Notes: generated by a model from the sequence alone, not told the origin. Positions 17,040 to 26,505 are shown, numbered from the stretch's first letter. The stretch is DNA of 32,000 nt from an uncultured Erysipelotrichaceae bacterium (GCA_964457525.1 CAYWGS010000001.1:18411-50410); one strand, 5' to 3'. Numbers and translations are program-made.

Positions 17040-17891
17040 TTAGCGATTTCTGAGTTGATCAAGCGATAACTTCGTCTCTGCGCTAATCTTTAATATTTCT
17101 TCATAGTTCTTAATAACACTCATCGATACAAAGATATCGAGTACATATTGTGCCGCAATAGCAGACGTTAAACTAAATAATTCAAGTGTATTTCCAATAT
17201 CAAGAATTTTAATACTTTCTGTACATAAACTACTGAGTTTATCATTATCCTTGCCGGACAAAGCTAATGTTGGAATACCTAAAGTATTCATGCGTTTAGC
17301 GGTATCGATAATAATAGGGTTTGTACCTGTTAAAGAAATTAGAATCGCAAAACTAGGTACATCATGAAGTTTTAATCGAGATAAGTGTTGCCAGTGTGTT
17401 GAGTCATAAGCGATTGCAGGAATACCGACTTCTTCAAATTTATACTGATACATTTTTGCCAAATCGAAGTTTAAACCAGTTCCATAGATTCCAATATGTT
17501 TACTCGTTTGTATATGCTTAATGCATCGTGCTACACAATCAAAATCAAGCATTGTTCGTGTTTCATCGATTGCTTTTTGATAAATCATAGGTAATCGAGT
17601 CACAACATCATTCAAAGTTGTTTTTGGGGTAAAGGGAATCTCTTTAAGATGTTCCTGTTGTTCTAAGAAGAGTGAGAATTCAGATACATAAGTTAGTTTA
17701 AATTCTGTAAAACCCTTATACCCAAGTTTCTTACATAGGCGTACAATAGTAGATGTACTGGAATAACTTAAAATCGCAAGATCGTTAATACTCATTCTTA
17801 AAAGATCACTTGGATGATCCAGAATGTATTGTACAACCGCTTCTTCTTGATGCGTAATATTCTGTAGGTTTTTAAGTTTGTTGTATAACAT
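17040..17891 (-). CDS. RpiR/MurR-family transcriptional regulator (HTH plus SIS domain)
   Basis: 283 aa. The N-terminal HTH_6 pattern is present (INDLAILSYSSTSTIVRLCKKLGYKGFTEFK), and the C-terminal SIS domain shows IGIYGTG...ILISLTG. Confidence 0.85.
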   Translation of the reverse strand: MLYNKLKNLQNITHQEEAVVQYILDHPSDLLRMSINDLAILSYSSTSTIVRLCKKLGYKGFTEFKLTYVSEFSLFLEQQEHLKEIPFTPKTTLNDVVTRLPMIYQKAIDETRTMLDFDCVARCIKHIQTSKHIGIYGTGLNFDLAKMYQYKFEEVGIPAIAYDSTHWQHLSRLKLHDVPSFAILISLTGTNPIIIDTAKRMNTLGIPTLALSGKDNDKLSSLCTESIKILDIGNTLELFSLTSAIAAQYVLDIFVSMSVIKNYEEILKISAETKLSLDQLRNR

Positions 17892-17942
17892 ATTAAGTTC
17901 ATTTTAACATAGACACATCCAATTAAGTGAAGGAGATTCAAT

Positions 17943-18737
17943 ATGAAAATAGCGTTTGTTGATATCGATGGTACCATACTCGATTACCCAAAAGGACTTA
18001 ATCGTCCAACGAGTGAAACCATAGAAATGTTTCGCTTGTTTCGTGAACAAGGGAATATCTTAATTATTGCGACATCTCGCACTGAATTACCTGAAGGATT
18101 AGAAACTTCGATGTTTGATGGTTTCGTGTTTAGTAATGGTCAATACATCGAGTATCACAATCAAGTATTACTCAATAATTGTTTCTCTAAGACTCAAATT
18201 AAATATCAATTATCGGTATATCAGAAATATGGTGCAGGTTCTTACTTCCAAGGAATTAAAGGACAATGGTTAACGCCATTTAAAAGTGAATTAGCCATTG
18301 AACATAAGGTTCATTTTGGCTTTGATCCAAAGAAAGTTGATACTGCATTTCTTCCTTTTAATATTGATGAAATCGAAAGCACTGCCGCGACAGCAGCGTT
18401 TGATAATGTGGAAGCGATGTGGCATGCGAAAGCAGAATTACCACAAGATTGGATTATACACGCATATGATGAAGAATCAATTCGCTTAGATGTTCATTTG
18501 CCTGGGATTACAAAAGGGAGTTCATGTGTATTCTTAATCGATCATTTAGGGATTGATCACCATGATTCTTATGCGTTTGGGGATGGGATGAATGATATTG
18601 AAATGCTAGAACTCGTTGGCTTTGGTGTTGCGATGGGGAATGCGAATGATGAAGTTAAAAAAGTTGCGAACTATGTAGCTCCATCCATTGAAGAAAATGG
18701 TCTTGCGAAAGCATTCAAAGATTTGTTTAAATTATAA
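17943..18737 (+). CDS. Cof-type HAD-IIB phosphatase
   Basis: HAD motif I is FVDIDGTIL, motif II is ATSR and motif IV is GDGMNDIEML. The cap insertion between motifs has the size typical of Cof/YbiV sugar phosphatases. Confidence 0.85.
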   Translation: MKIAFVDIDGTILDYPKGLNRPTSETIEMFRLFREQGNILIIATSRTELPEGLETSMFDGFVFSNGQYIEYHNQVLLNNCFSKTQIKYQLSVYQKYGAGSYFQGIKGQWLTPFKSELAIEHKVHFGFDPKKVDTAFLPFNIDEIESTAATAAFDNVEAMWHAKAELPQDWIIHAYDEESIRLDVHLPGITKGSSCVFLIDHLGIDHHDSYAFGDGMNDIEMLELVGFGVAMGNANDEVKKVANYVAPSIEENGLAKAFKDLFKL

Positions 18738-18739
18738 AA

Positions 18740-18753
18740 AGTAAACGTTTACA
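18740..18753. promoter_or_regulatory. Palindromic cre/LacI-type box AGTAAACGTTTACA upstream of the deoxyribosyltransferase-like gene
   Basis: GTAAACGTTTAC is a perfect 12-bp palindrome. The 14-mer has one mismatch to TGWAANCGNTNWCA. A second near-palindrome, GTAAACTTATAAGTTAC, follows at 18763-18779. Confidence 0.45.
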
Positions 18754-18808
18754 GTGAAAAAAGTAAACTTATAAGTTACAATAAAACTAACCGTTATAAG
18801 GAGAACAT

Positions 18809-19942
18809 ATGATAAAAGACGAAAGTTTGTATATTGCAGGTCCACTTTGTTTTTATAAAAATGGATATGGCATGTGGGATGCATTGAAAAAGGAAGCAGA
18901 GTTTTATGGATTTACTGTCGCTCTTCCTAATAATAATGTTTTAGAATATGAAGAAGGTAATAAGCGTCAATTCAGTGCTGCGATTTTTAAGAATTGTAGA
19001 GATTCAATCAATAAAACAACCTGTCTTATTGTTAACTTAGAAAACTATCGTGGATTAGTCCCAGATGGTGGTTCGGTTTATGAAATGGGTATGGCATACG
19101 CTAAGGGTGCTAAACTCTATGGATTTACACGTGATAAACGACCTGCTCGTATGAAATATGGACATGGTAAATATGTGGGTAATGATATTATTGATCTTGA
19201 TGGTCGTAAACTTGCACATAAAGATTTAGCATTTGGACCATGTATTGTTGGTTCTACAAAGATTGTGGAAGGTAAGTTTGGTGATGCACTTCAAATGTTT
19301 ATGACAGATATTGAAGAGGATTCAAAACTCAAAGCATCTCGTAATGTGTTTGTGCTTGATGCGGATCCACAAGTAACCGTTGAACCTTCTGATAAGCCTA
19401 GAGTCTATCTTTCTACTTTTGAACGTTATGATAATGACGCAAAAGAGAAACTAGAATCAATGAAGAAAATTTGTGAGAAATATGGATTTATTGGCATTAG
19501 TCCACTCGATGATGCGCCAATGGTTGAGAGAATAAACAGTGATGATGTGATGGAAATGGCGTATAACCAATTTGATCACTTCCAACAACACGTACGCAAT
19601 TGTGATATTATCCTAGCGAACTTAAATAATTACCATGGTTATGAACCAAACGATGATGTTTCATTTGAATGTGGAATGGCATTCCAATTAGGTAAGAAGT
19701 GTTTTGGTTACCTAGATGAGGTTAAACCAATGATTGATTTAGTTCCAAATCGTGGTGAAGCATTTGAATATCGTGATTTAAATGATATGAATGTTGAGAA
19801 CTTTGCGAATCCATTGAATTTAATGTTTGGGGCATCTTTCACATTGTTTGAAGGTAAATTTGAAGAAGCAATCAAGCAAATGGCTGAAGCATTAGTTGAT
19901 TTTAAGCTTGCGGATGATTTAGTTCCTCCAGTACTTGACTAA
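18809..19942 (+). CDS. Tandem-duplicated nucleoside 2-deoxyribosyltransferase-like protein
   Basis: 377 aa with two homologous halves. LYIAGPL...LENYRGLVPDGGSVYEMGMAYAKGAKLYGF...VEGKFGDALQMF aligns with VYLSTF...LNNYHGYEPNDDVSFECGMAFQLGKKCFGY...FEGKFEEAIKQM. Both halves keep the Asp...Glu-x-Gly core seen in Lactobacillus NDT (D-x-G-x-x-M-E-L-G-Y-A). Confidence 0.7.
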   Translation: MIKDESLYIAGPLCFYKNGYGMWDALKKEAEFYGFTVALPNNNVLEYEEGNKRQFSAAIFKNCRDSINKTTCLIVNLENYRGLVPDGGSVYEMGMAYAKGAKLYGFTRDKRPARMKYGHGKYVGNDIIDLDGRKLAHKDLAFGPCIVGSTKIVEGKFGDALQMFMTDIEEDSKLKASRNVFVLDADPQVTVEPSDKPRVYLSTFERYDNDAKEKLESMKKICEKYGFIGISPLDDAPMVERINSDDVMEMAYNQFDHFQQHVRNCDIILANLNNYHGYEPNDDVSFECGMAFQLGKKCFGYLDEVKPMIDLVPNRGEAFEYRDLNDMNVENFANPLNLMFGASFTLFEGKFEEAIKQMAEALVDFKLADDLVPPVLD

Positions 19943-19966
19943 AGACCACTAAAGTGGTCTTTTTTA
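19941..19966 (+). terminator. Rho-independent terminator
   Basis: AAAGACCAC (19941-19949) pairs with GTGGTCTTT (19954-19962), with a 4-nt loop and a T-run. It starts inside the stop codon. Confidence 0.8.
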
Positions 19967-19999
19967 ATGGTATGATTATTGCATTGAAGAGGGTTAACT

Positions 20000-21343
20000 A
20001 TGTTAGAAAGAGCAAAGAATGCACTGAGAAATAGTATTGAGACCAAAGATCTCGAACAGTTTAATTTACTTGTGAATGAAATGTATCCAATTGATATCGC
20101 GGATTTTCTAAGTACAAATTCTGATGATATTTTACAATCATTTCTTACTAATACAAATCCAGAAGTACACGCCAAAATTCTTGAACAAGCGAATGATAAA
20201 TTACAGTTACGAATGATTCGATTATTGGATTATAAAGAGATTGTTCATTTGTTTAAACAAATGTCGAAGGATGACGTAGCGGATACCTTAGGTCGATTAC
20301 CAACTGGATTACGTAAGAATATTTTAAATCAAATTAAAGGATCTGAACGTGTATCAGTAGAAGAACTTTTGGGTTATTCTAAGGACAGTGCCGGTGGTAT
20401 TATGACCACTGAATTCATTGCCTTAGAGAGTTATTTAAGCATACATGAATCACTTGATAAGATTCGTGAAATAGGGCCTAAAACAGAAGTGCTCGAATTA
20501 ATTTTTGTCTTGAATAAAGATCATGAACTCATTGGCACAGCCGACTTAAGAGATATCTTAAGCAGTGATGGAAATGAGTTATTACATACGATTACCAATG
20601 AAAACATACTTACAGTTTATCCAGAAACAGACCAAGAAAAGGTTGCGTTATTAGTATCAAAATATGACTTAAAAGCGATTGCTGTAGTGAACAAAGAGAA
20701 TAAACTCCTAGGGATAATTACAGTCGATGATATCATCGATGTCATCGTGCAGGAACAAACTGAGGATGTATTAAAACTTGGTGGTTTGGGTGGTCAACTT
20801 AAGAGTGATGAATCAATCTTCTATTATGTGCAAAAAAGAATTCCTTGGTTAATGATCAATCTAGGGACAGCTTTTTTAGCCGCATTCACCGTTACGTTAT
20901 TTGAAGATGTTATTTCACAGGTTGTGGCACTTGCCTCATCGATGTCAATCGTGACGGGTATGGGTGGAAATGCAGGCAATCAAACCTTATCACTTACCGT
21001 ACGAAGTATTGCGTTAGGTGAGTTAGAACTTAAAAAACATTGGAAGAAAGTGTTTAGAGAAGTTATGATTGGTGTGTTACAAGGAGCGATTATTGGGCTT
21101 TTTGCGGGTATCATATTACATCTAAAAGTAGGGAATCCGATGATTGGACTCATTATATTTTTGGCAATGATTGGAAATATGATGGTCGCAAGTATTTTTG
21201 GATTCATGGTTCCACTTGTACTAAAGCGTTTAAATTTTGATCCAGCACTTGGATCATCGATCTTCTTAACCGCCGCTACAGATGTATTAGGCTTCTTCTT
21301 TTTCTTAGGCTTAGCTCAACTCTTTCTACCTTGGTTAATATAA
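20000..21343 (+). CDS. mgtE: Magnesium transporter MgtE
   Basis: 447 aa with an MgtE N-domain, a CBS pair (GGIMTTEF...; GIITVDDIIDVI) and a C-terminal 5-TM domain (GMGGNAGNQ...TDVLGFFFFLG). A possible extended -10, TGgTATGAT, lies at 19968-19976. Confidence 0.92.
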   Translation: MLERAKNALRNSIETKDLEQFNLLVNEMYPIDIADFLSTNSDDILQSFLTNTNPEVHAKILEQANDKLQLRMIRLLDYKEIVHLFKQMSKDDVADTLGRLPTGLRKNILNQIKGSERVSVEELLGYSKDSAGGIMTTEFIALESYLSIHESLDKIREIGPKTEVLELIFVLNKDHELIGTADLRDILSSDGNELLHTITNENILTVYPETDQEKVALLVSKYDLKAIAVVNKENKLLGIITVDDIIDVIVQEQTEDVLKLGGLGGQLKSDESIFYYVQKRIPWLMINLGTAFLAAFTVTLFEDVISQVVALASSMSIVTGMGGNAGNQTLSLTVRSIALGELELKKHWKKVFREVMIGVLQGAIIGLFAGIILHLKVGNPMIGLIIFLAMIGNMMVASIFGFMVPLVLKRLNFDPALGSSIFLTAATDVLGFFFFLGLAQLFLPWLI

Positions 21344-21819
21344 TGGAGAATCAAATGGAACAACAAATTAATTTTGCACAAGCACAAACATGTTTACTCA
21401 TGGAACCCCAACATTCCAACATTCTTGGACATGTACATGGGGGAGAACTCATGAAAATGATGGATAATACAGCAGGAATCGCAGCCGCTAAACAGGCTAA
21501 AGGAATGGTTGTGACTGCGAGAGTGGATGAGATTGAATTTCATGAAGCAGTTAAAATTGGGGATGTAGTAACGGTACAAGCTCAAGTATGTTATGTCGGT
21601 AAGAGTTCCATACAAGTGTTCGTACGTGTCTTTGTCGATAACATACAAGACAATATTCCATCCATTATGGCACTCAGTGCTTTCTTTACGATGGTACATT
21701 TAGTGGATGGTAAACCAAGCAAAGTAGAACCCCTTAATGTCACAAACCCACTTGAACAAGAATTGTTTGATATGGGTTATAAAAAATACATTGAGATACA
21801 ACAGAAACGTCAGAAATAA
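21343..21819 (+). CDS. Acyl-CoA thioesterase, hotdog fold (YkhA/YciA type)
   Basis: The sequence P..SN..GHVHGGELMKMMDNTAGIAA is typical of this family. The start is ambiguous: the ATG at 21343 overlaps the mgtE stop (TAATG), and the ATG at 21355 follows GGAGAA. The track's TTG at 21331 is less likely. Confidence 0.8.
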   Translation: MENQMEQQINFAQAQTCLLMEPQHSNILGHVHGGELMKMMDNTAGIAAAKQAKGMVVTARVDEIEFHEAVKIGDVVTVQAQVCYVGKSSIQVFVRVFVDNIQDNIPSIMALSAFFTMVHLVDGKPSKVEPLNVTNPLEQELFDMGYKKYIEIQQKRQK

Positions 21820-21840
21820 TCAAAGAGTGGAGGATTTTGT

Positions 21841-23169
21841 GTGATTGAATTAAAACAAATAAGTAAGAATTATACCACTCGACTTGGGATTATGACGAAG
21901 GCGTTAGATCATATTAATCTCAGTTTTCCAAATAAAGGACTTATTTTCATCTTAGGTAAAAGTGGAAGTGGTAAATCAACCCTCTTAAATATCATGAGTG
22001 GGTTAGATACAGCAGATTCAGGTGAAGTCATCGTCAATGGTCGAAACATTGAAGGACTAGATCAAAAAGAACTCGATTATTATCGTAATGCACATGTTGG
22101 ATTTGTGTTTCAGGACTTTAATATTATCGATACCTTTACGATTGAACAGAACATTGGCTTAGCCCTTGAATTACAAGGTAAACAAGTTGATAAGGAAACG
22201 ATGGAATCCATTCTAAATTATGTTGGTTTAAGTGGATATGAAAAGCGTAAAGGGAATGAAGTATCGGGTGGACAGAAACAACGCATCGCAATTGCTCGTG
22301 CATTGATTAAAAGACCAACCATCATCCTTGCGGATGAACCTACCGGTAACTTGGATACCAATACTTCTAAACAAATTATGGATTTACTCAAAGAAGTATC
22401 GAAGGATAATCTTGTGGTAGTTGTCTCACATGATCCAGAAGAAGCGGAAGTATATGGGGATCGTATTATTAAGATCAAAGATGGAAAAGTGAATGATGAT
22501 ATTATCTTAAATCAAGATTTAAGCGATTCACGTCCATACGAATTGATTAAACCACAATTACATTTCATTTCTAGTTGGAAATATGGAGTGTATAGTTTAG
22601 CGAATAAGAAAGGTCAATTGTTAATCACAAACTTTATCGTATCGATATGCTTGTTATTTACACAATTATTGGGTTCTTACTTGTATTTCTTAATGGTTTC
22701 GTATAAGGATTTATCGAGTCTATATGGTTCTACTAAGGTCCTTAAGATTACTCAAGATTTACAAGGGTATTTATCCATAAATAATGCGGAAATATTGTTT
22801 GTGGGAATGTACATTGGCTTGGTGAGTATCCTTTATGTATTCTTATCCATGTCCATCGCTACTAGACGTAAACAAGTTGGTATATTTAAAGCACTTGGGG
22901 CAAGTACCGTTGATATTTTAAGAATATTTGTATGGGAAGGATTAATTATTGGACTCGTCTCTTTCATTCTTTCTAATCTAATGTCGTTAGCGTATATCGT
23001 AGATATCAATAAGAAATTTTTTGATGGACTAAAATTATTTGAACTTAATTTCTATCAAATTGGATTTAACTTTATTCTATTGGTCTTTGTCCCAGTGGGA
23101 TTGATTATTGGACTAACTTTGGTTCTAATGAAGAAGAACCCAGTTATTTCAATCCTGAAGGAGATTTAA
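21841..23169 (+). CDS. Fused ABC ATPase / FtsX-type permease (MacB-like), short extracytoplasmic loop
   Basis: It has a GTG start after GGAGGA. Walker A is GKSGSGKST, the signature is SGGQKQR and Walker B is ILADEPT. Four TM helices follow, with the FtsX motif RRKQVGIFKALGAS. Only about 30 aa separate TM1 and TM2. Confidence 0.85.
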   Translation: MIELKQISKNYTTRLGIMTKALDHINLSFPNKGLIFILGKSGSGKSTLLNIMSGLDTADSGEVIVNGRNIEGLDQKELDYYRNAHVGFVFQDFNIIDTFTIEQNIGLALELQGKQVDKETMESILNYVGLSGYEKRKGNEVSGGQKQRIAIARALIKRPTIILADEPTGNLDTNTSKQIMDLLKEVSKDNLVVVVSHDPEEAEVYGDRIIKIKDGKVNDDIILNQDLSDSRPYELIKPQLHFISSWKYGVYSLANKKGQLLITNFIVSICLLFTQLLGSYLYFLMVSYKDLSSLYGSTKVLKITQDLQGYLSINNAEILFVGMYIGLVSILYVFLSMSIATRRKQVGIFKALGASTVDILRIFVWEGLIIGLVSFILSNLMSLAYIVDINKKFFDGLKLFELNFYQIGFNFILLVFVPVGLIIGLTLVLMKKNPVISILKEI

Positions 23170-23170
23170 T

Positions 23171-25222
23171 ATGATTGAGTTATTGAATGTCAATAAGACC
23201 TATACCAGTAAAGCAAAGATTCAAGTTAAAGCATTGGATCATGTAAACCTTCAATTCAATTCAAAAGGATTAACGTTTATCTTAGGTAAAAGTGGAAGTG
23301 GTAAGACCAGCTTACTCAATATCATAGGAGGATTAGATTCTGCGAACTCCAGTAAGATTTTTATCAATGGCAAGGAACTTAAACGATTTGATGAAAGAAC
23401 CTGTGCTGAATATCGTAATTCTTACATTGGATTTGTGTTTCAAGAATACAACTTAATGAATAATCTAAATGTCTATGAAAACATTGCTTTATCGCTTCAG
23501 CTACAAAAGAAAGAAGTTAAAGATCAGATTATTCAAAAGGTACTAGAAGAAGTCGATTTAAAAGGACTAGAGAAAAGACAATTGGATGAATTATCGGGTG
23601 GGCAGAAACAACGTGTCGCAATCGCAAGAGCGCTTGTAAAAGATCCAGTCATCTTACTAGCCGATGAGCCAACAGGAAACTTGGATAGTGAAACTTCAAC
23701 TCAAATATTTGAATTATTTAAGAAACTAAGCCAAAACAAATGTGTGATTGTGGTGAGTCATGATGCGGAATACGCCCATCAATATGCGGATCGTATTATT
23801 GAATTATCCGATGGTCATGTGATACAAGATACAAATCCTGTTATATCAGATGAATTAATCACAATACCAGAAAAACGTAGAGCTAAGCTACCGTTCTCAT
23901 TAATCTGGAAGATGTCTTTTGGGAATATCCTTAACAATAAACTTCGCTTACTTGTGACTTGTGTAATTGTGTCTTTCTTAACCGCAATACTATCAACCGT
24001 CTATACTTCCCTTTATGTAAGTAATAACGTAACACCTGATTTAATGAACTTAAGTAAACAAGAACATTTGTTGTTGGTGGAACCAGTTCCATTTCAATCG
24101 ACAACGATTCTGAAGCCAAGTACTGAATATCAATACAATCGTAAACTAACGACAGATGTACTCATTCAAGTACGTGAAATGACTGAGAATGAACATGCAA
24201 TATTGTATCCAAAAACACAAATAAATTTGAATGATCATTGGTTGACTATCAATGATTTAGGCATGGATTTAAATCAAACATTAATTGAATCAGACTTAAT
24301 ACCTAAACCAAACGAAGAGCTTGTTCAAGAAATTCAATCATCTTACTTAAGTTTTGTGTCATCCGATGAAGAAGGATTATTTGATCAATTGATTGGAAGA
24401 ATACCCAATAATCGATATGAAGTTGTTATCTCAAACTATCTTGGAGAACTCTTATTGAAGACTAAGTACCAAGAATTCAATCAACTTGAAGATTTGGTAA
24501 ATGAAGATATTTGGTTAAACTTTAACGAACAGATTAAATTAAAGATTGTTGGTATACAAATGAATGAAACACCACTATTAAGAAATGACACAACGATTCT
24601 TAATACGAGTTATACCAATCTATATGTTCATCCAAGTTTCTCACGATACAATCCATATCCAACCTCTCAAATAAGTTATGGTGTAAAACTGAGTGAAGAT
24701 ACGAATATCAAAGAACTAATTCAAGATTATAAAACAATTGGAACATTCACAATCTTACCACGATACACGGATGCGCTTAATCGATATACACGGTTTGAAT
24801 TAACTTTGATTATGGGATTGTTGGTTCCATTAATTGGTTACTTCATGATTGTATTCTTAGGTAATTATATTTCATCGAGTATTCTATTTAGAAAGAAACA
24901 AATCGGAATACTTAGAGCATTAGGGTGTGAAGTGAATGAAATGAATAAGATTTTCTTAATTGAAGCATTACTCATTGGTTTGTTTATCATGACGCTTGTA
25001 CTAATAATGGTTCCATTTATGATTGATATCCTTAACTTCTCATTTATGGTAAATTTCTTCGATACCTATATCTCCTATTTCTATTATCCAATCTTTCATT
25101 TAGGCTTTGGTCATTTTATCGAAGTGTTTATCTTAATTGGGTTAGTATTTACCGTTCTTATTATTGTGTTAACGTATCATATTAACCTATTAGATCCTGT
25201 TGCGGTTATTAGTGGAAAATAA
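23171..25222 (+). CDS. Fused ABC ATPase / FtsX-type permease (MacB-like), large extracytoplasmic domain
   Basis: This is a paralogue of the upstream gene (GKSGSGKTS, SGGQKQR, LLADEPT, RKKQIGILRALGCE). It carries an insertion of about 270 aa between TM1 and TM2. It starts 1 nt after the upstream stop. Confidence 0.85.
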   Translation: MIELLNVNKTYTSKAKIQVKALDHVNLQFNSKGLTFILGKSGSGKTSLLNIIGGLDSANSSKIFINGKELKRFDERTCAEYRNSYIGFVFQEYNLMNNLNVYENIALSLQLQKKEVKDQIIQKVLEEVDLKGLEKRQLDELSGGQKQRVAIARALVKDPVILLADEPTGNLDSETSTQIFELFKKLSQNKCVIVVSHDAEYAHQYADRIIELSDGHVIQDTNPVISDELITIPEKRRAKLPFSLIWKMSFGNILNNKLRLLVTCVIVSFLTAILSTVYTSLYVSNNVTPDLMNLSKQEHLLLVEPVPFQSTTILKPSTEYQYNRKLTTDVLIQVREMTENEHAILYPKTQINLNDHWLTINDLGMDLNQTLIESDLIPKPNEELVQEIQSSYLSFVSSDEEGLFDQLIGRIPNNRYEVVISNYLGELLLKTKYQEFNQLEDLVNEDIWLNFNEQIKLKIVGIQMNETPLLRNDTTILNTSYTNLYVHPSFSRYNPYPTSQISYGVKLSEDTNIKELIQDYKTIGTFTILPRYTDALNRYTRFELTLIMGLLVPLIGYFMIVFLGNYISSSILFRKKQIGILRALGCEVNEMNKIFLIEALLIGLFIMTLVLIMVPFMIDILNFSFMVNFFDTYISYFYYPIFHLGFGHFIEVFILIGLVFTVLIIVLTYHINLLDPVAVISGK

Positions 25223-25224
25223 AA

Positions 25225-25242
25225 AAATCCTTGGTAGGATTT
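25225..25242 (-). terminator. Short hairpin serving mainly the minus-strand GNAT gene
   Basis: AAATCCT (25225-25231) pairs with AGGATTT (25236-25242). On the minus strand it is followed by a T7 run. The plus-strand tail is poor. Confidence 0.5.
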
Positions 25243-25780
25243 AGTTATCATTTTCATTGAGTAATCCGTAGATATAGTGATCTTCCCAGCGTCCATTAAT
25301 GTGGACGTTTTTTCTTAGTAGTCCTTCTCTAACAAATCCACAACGCTCTAATAGTCGATAAGATGCATGATTACTTGGCATGACACCTGCTTCAATTCGG
25401 TGGAACTTAATTTCATTAAATGCATAATCAACCACTAAGTTTAAGGCTTCGTACATATAACCTTGTTTAGTATGTTTTAAATCCAGTGAGTATCCGATAT
25501 AGGATGTTTTAAGTGGCCATAAGATATCATTTAACGCTATCATTCCAATCAACTCATGTGTACCATTTAGAAAGATTCCAAATCGTATGCTTGATTTTTC
25601 TTCAATCTCTTTTGTATAACTCTCAATGTTTTTGCGTATCCGTTCAATGGTGTAATAGGCATCCGTTCGAGTAAAAGAGGTTGGAATAAAAAAGTCTTTG
25701 TTTCTAAGTTCATAATTAAACAAACGTTGTGCATCATGTATATTTAAGTGTCTTAAATAGATTCGTTTTCCCTGTAACAT
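25241..25780 (-). CDS. GNAT-family N-acetyltransferase (RimJ/RimL-like)
   Basis: 179 aa. LRHLNIHDAQRLFNY..., the acetyl-CoA motif region (QGYMYEALNLVVDYAF) and HRIEAGVMPSNHASYRLLERCGFVREG are present. Confidence 0.85.
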   Translation of the reverse strand: MLQGKRIYLRHLNIHDAQRLFNYELRNKDFFIPTSFTRTDAYYTIERIRKNIESYTKEIEEKSSIRFGIFLNGTHELIGMIALNDILWPLKTSYIGYSLDLKHTKQGYMYEALNLVVDYAFNEIKFHRIEAGVMPSNHASYRLLERCGFVREGLLRKNVHINGRWEDHYIYGLLNENDN

Positions 25781-25862
25781 ACTTTTATCTTAACATATTA
25801 TTTGAGTCATTTTACTATCAAAAAGTAAGAGTTTAAGTTAAATTATACATGAGGTAAAAACT

Positions 25863-26477
25863 ATGAAAATTGAAATATGGGCAGACTATGCTTGTCCGTT
25901 TTGTTACATCGGAAAAACAACACTCGAACAAGCACTTGAGCAAACTGGATTAAACAATGTAGAAGTTGTATACAAAGCATTTCAACTGGATCCCAATGCG
26001 CCAAAGGAATCCAATGAGAATACGATTACACATTTAGCGCATAAATATGGTGTTACCATTCGTGAAGCGCAAGGGATGGTTGAGAATGTTATTCAACATG
26101 GTAAACGTGTTGGACTAGATTTAAATTTTGAAAAAGTGAATCAAACCAATACCTTTAATGCACATCGTTTAACGAAATTAGCTCAATCATTGAATCTAGA
26201 TTCAGATCTTAATCGTAGATTGTATAAAGCATATTTTACAGAGGGCATTAATCTAGCAAGTCTGGATGAACTAAACAAAATATCGATGGAATTAGGGATT
26301 GATTCGAATGAAGTGTTAAACTCAGATCGATATGAGAAAGAGGTTAAGCGTGATATCGAAGAAGCATATCGCAAGGGGATAAATGCAGTTCCCTATTTCT
26401 TGATTGATGGTAAAACCGCAATTAAGGGAGCTCAACCATTAGAGCGTTTTATACAAATACTCAACCAAGTTAAATAA
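25863..26477 (+). CDS. DsbA/FrnE-like thiol-disulfide oxidoreductase
   Basis: 204 aa. The N-terminal IEIWADYACPFCYIG carries a CPFC active site, and GINAVPYFLIDGK lies near the C-terminus. Confidence 0.85.
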   Translation: MKIEIWADYACPFCYIGKTTLEQALEQTGLNNVEVVYKAFQLDPNAPKESNENTITHLAHKYGVTIREAQGMVENVIQHGKRVGLDLNFEKVNQTNTFNAHRLTKLAQSLNLDSDLNRRLYKAYFTEGINLASLDELNKISMELGIDSNEVLNSDRYEKEVKRDIEEAYRKGINAVPYFLIDGKTAIKGAQPLERFIQILNQVK

Positions 26478-26501
26478 CAGGAAATATATCCTGTTTTTTT
26501 T
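26476..26501 (+). terminator. Rho-independent terminator
   Basis: AACAGGA (26476-26482) pairs with TCCTGTT (26489-26495), followed by a long T-run. Confidence 0.75.
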
Positions 26502-26505
26502 AAAA

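Noticed and set aside
19943-19999. M-box (ykoK) magnesium riboswitch upstream of mgtE
   Set aside because: Only about 33 nt separate the upstream terminator from the mgtE start codon. That is far too short for the roughly 160-nt M-box.
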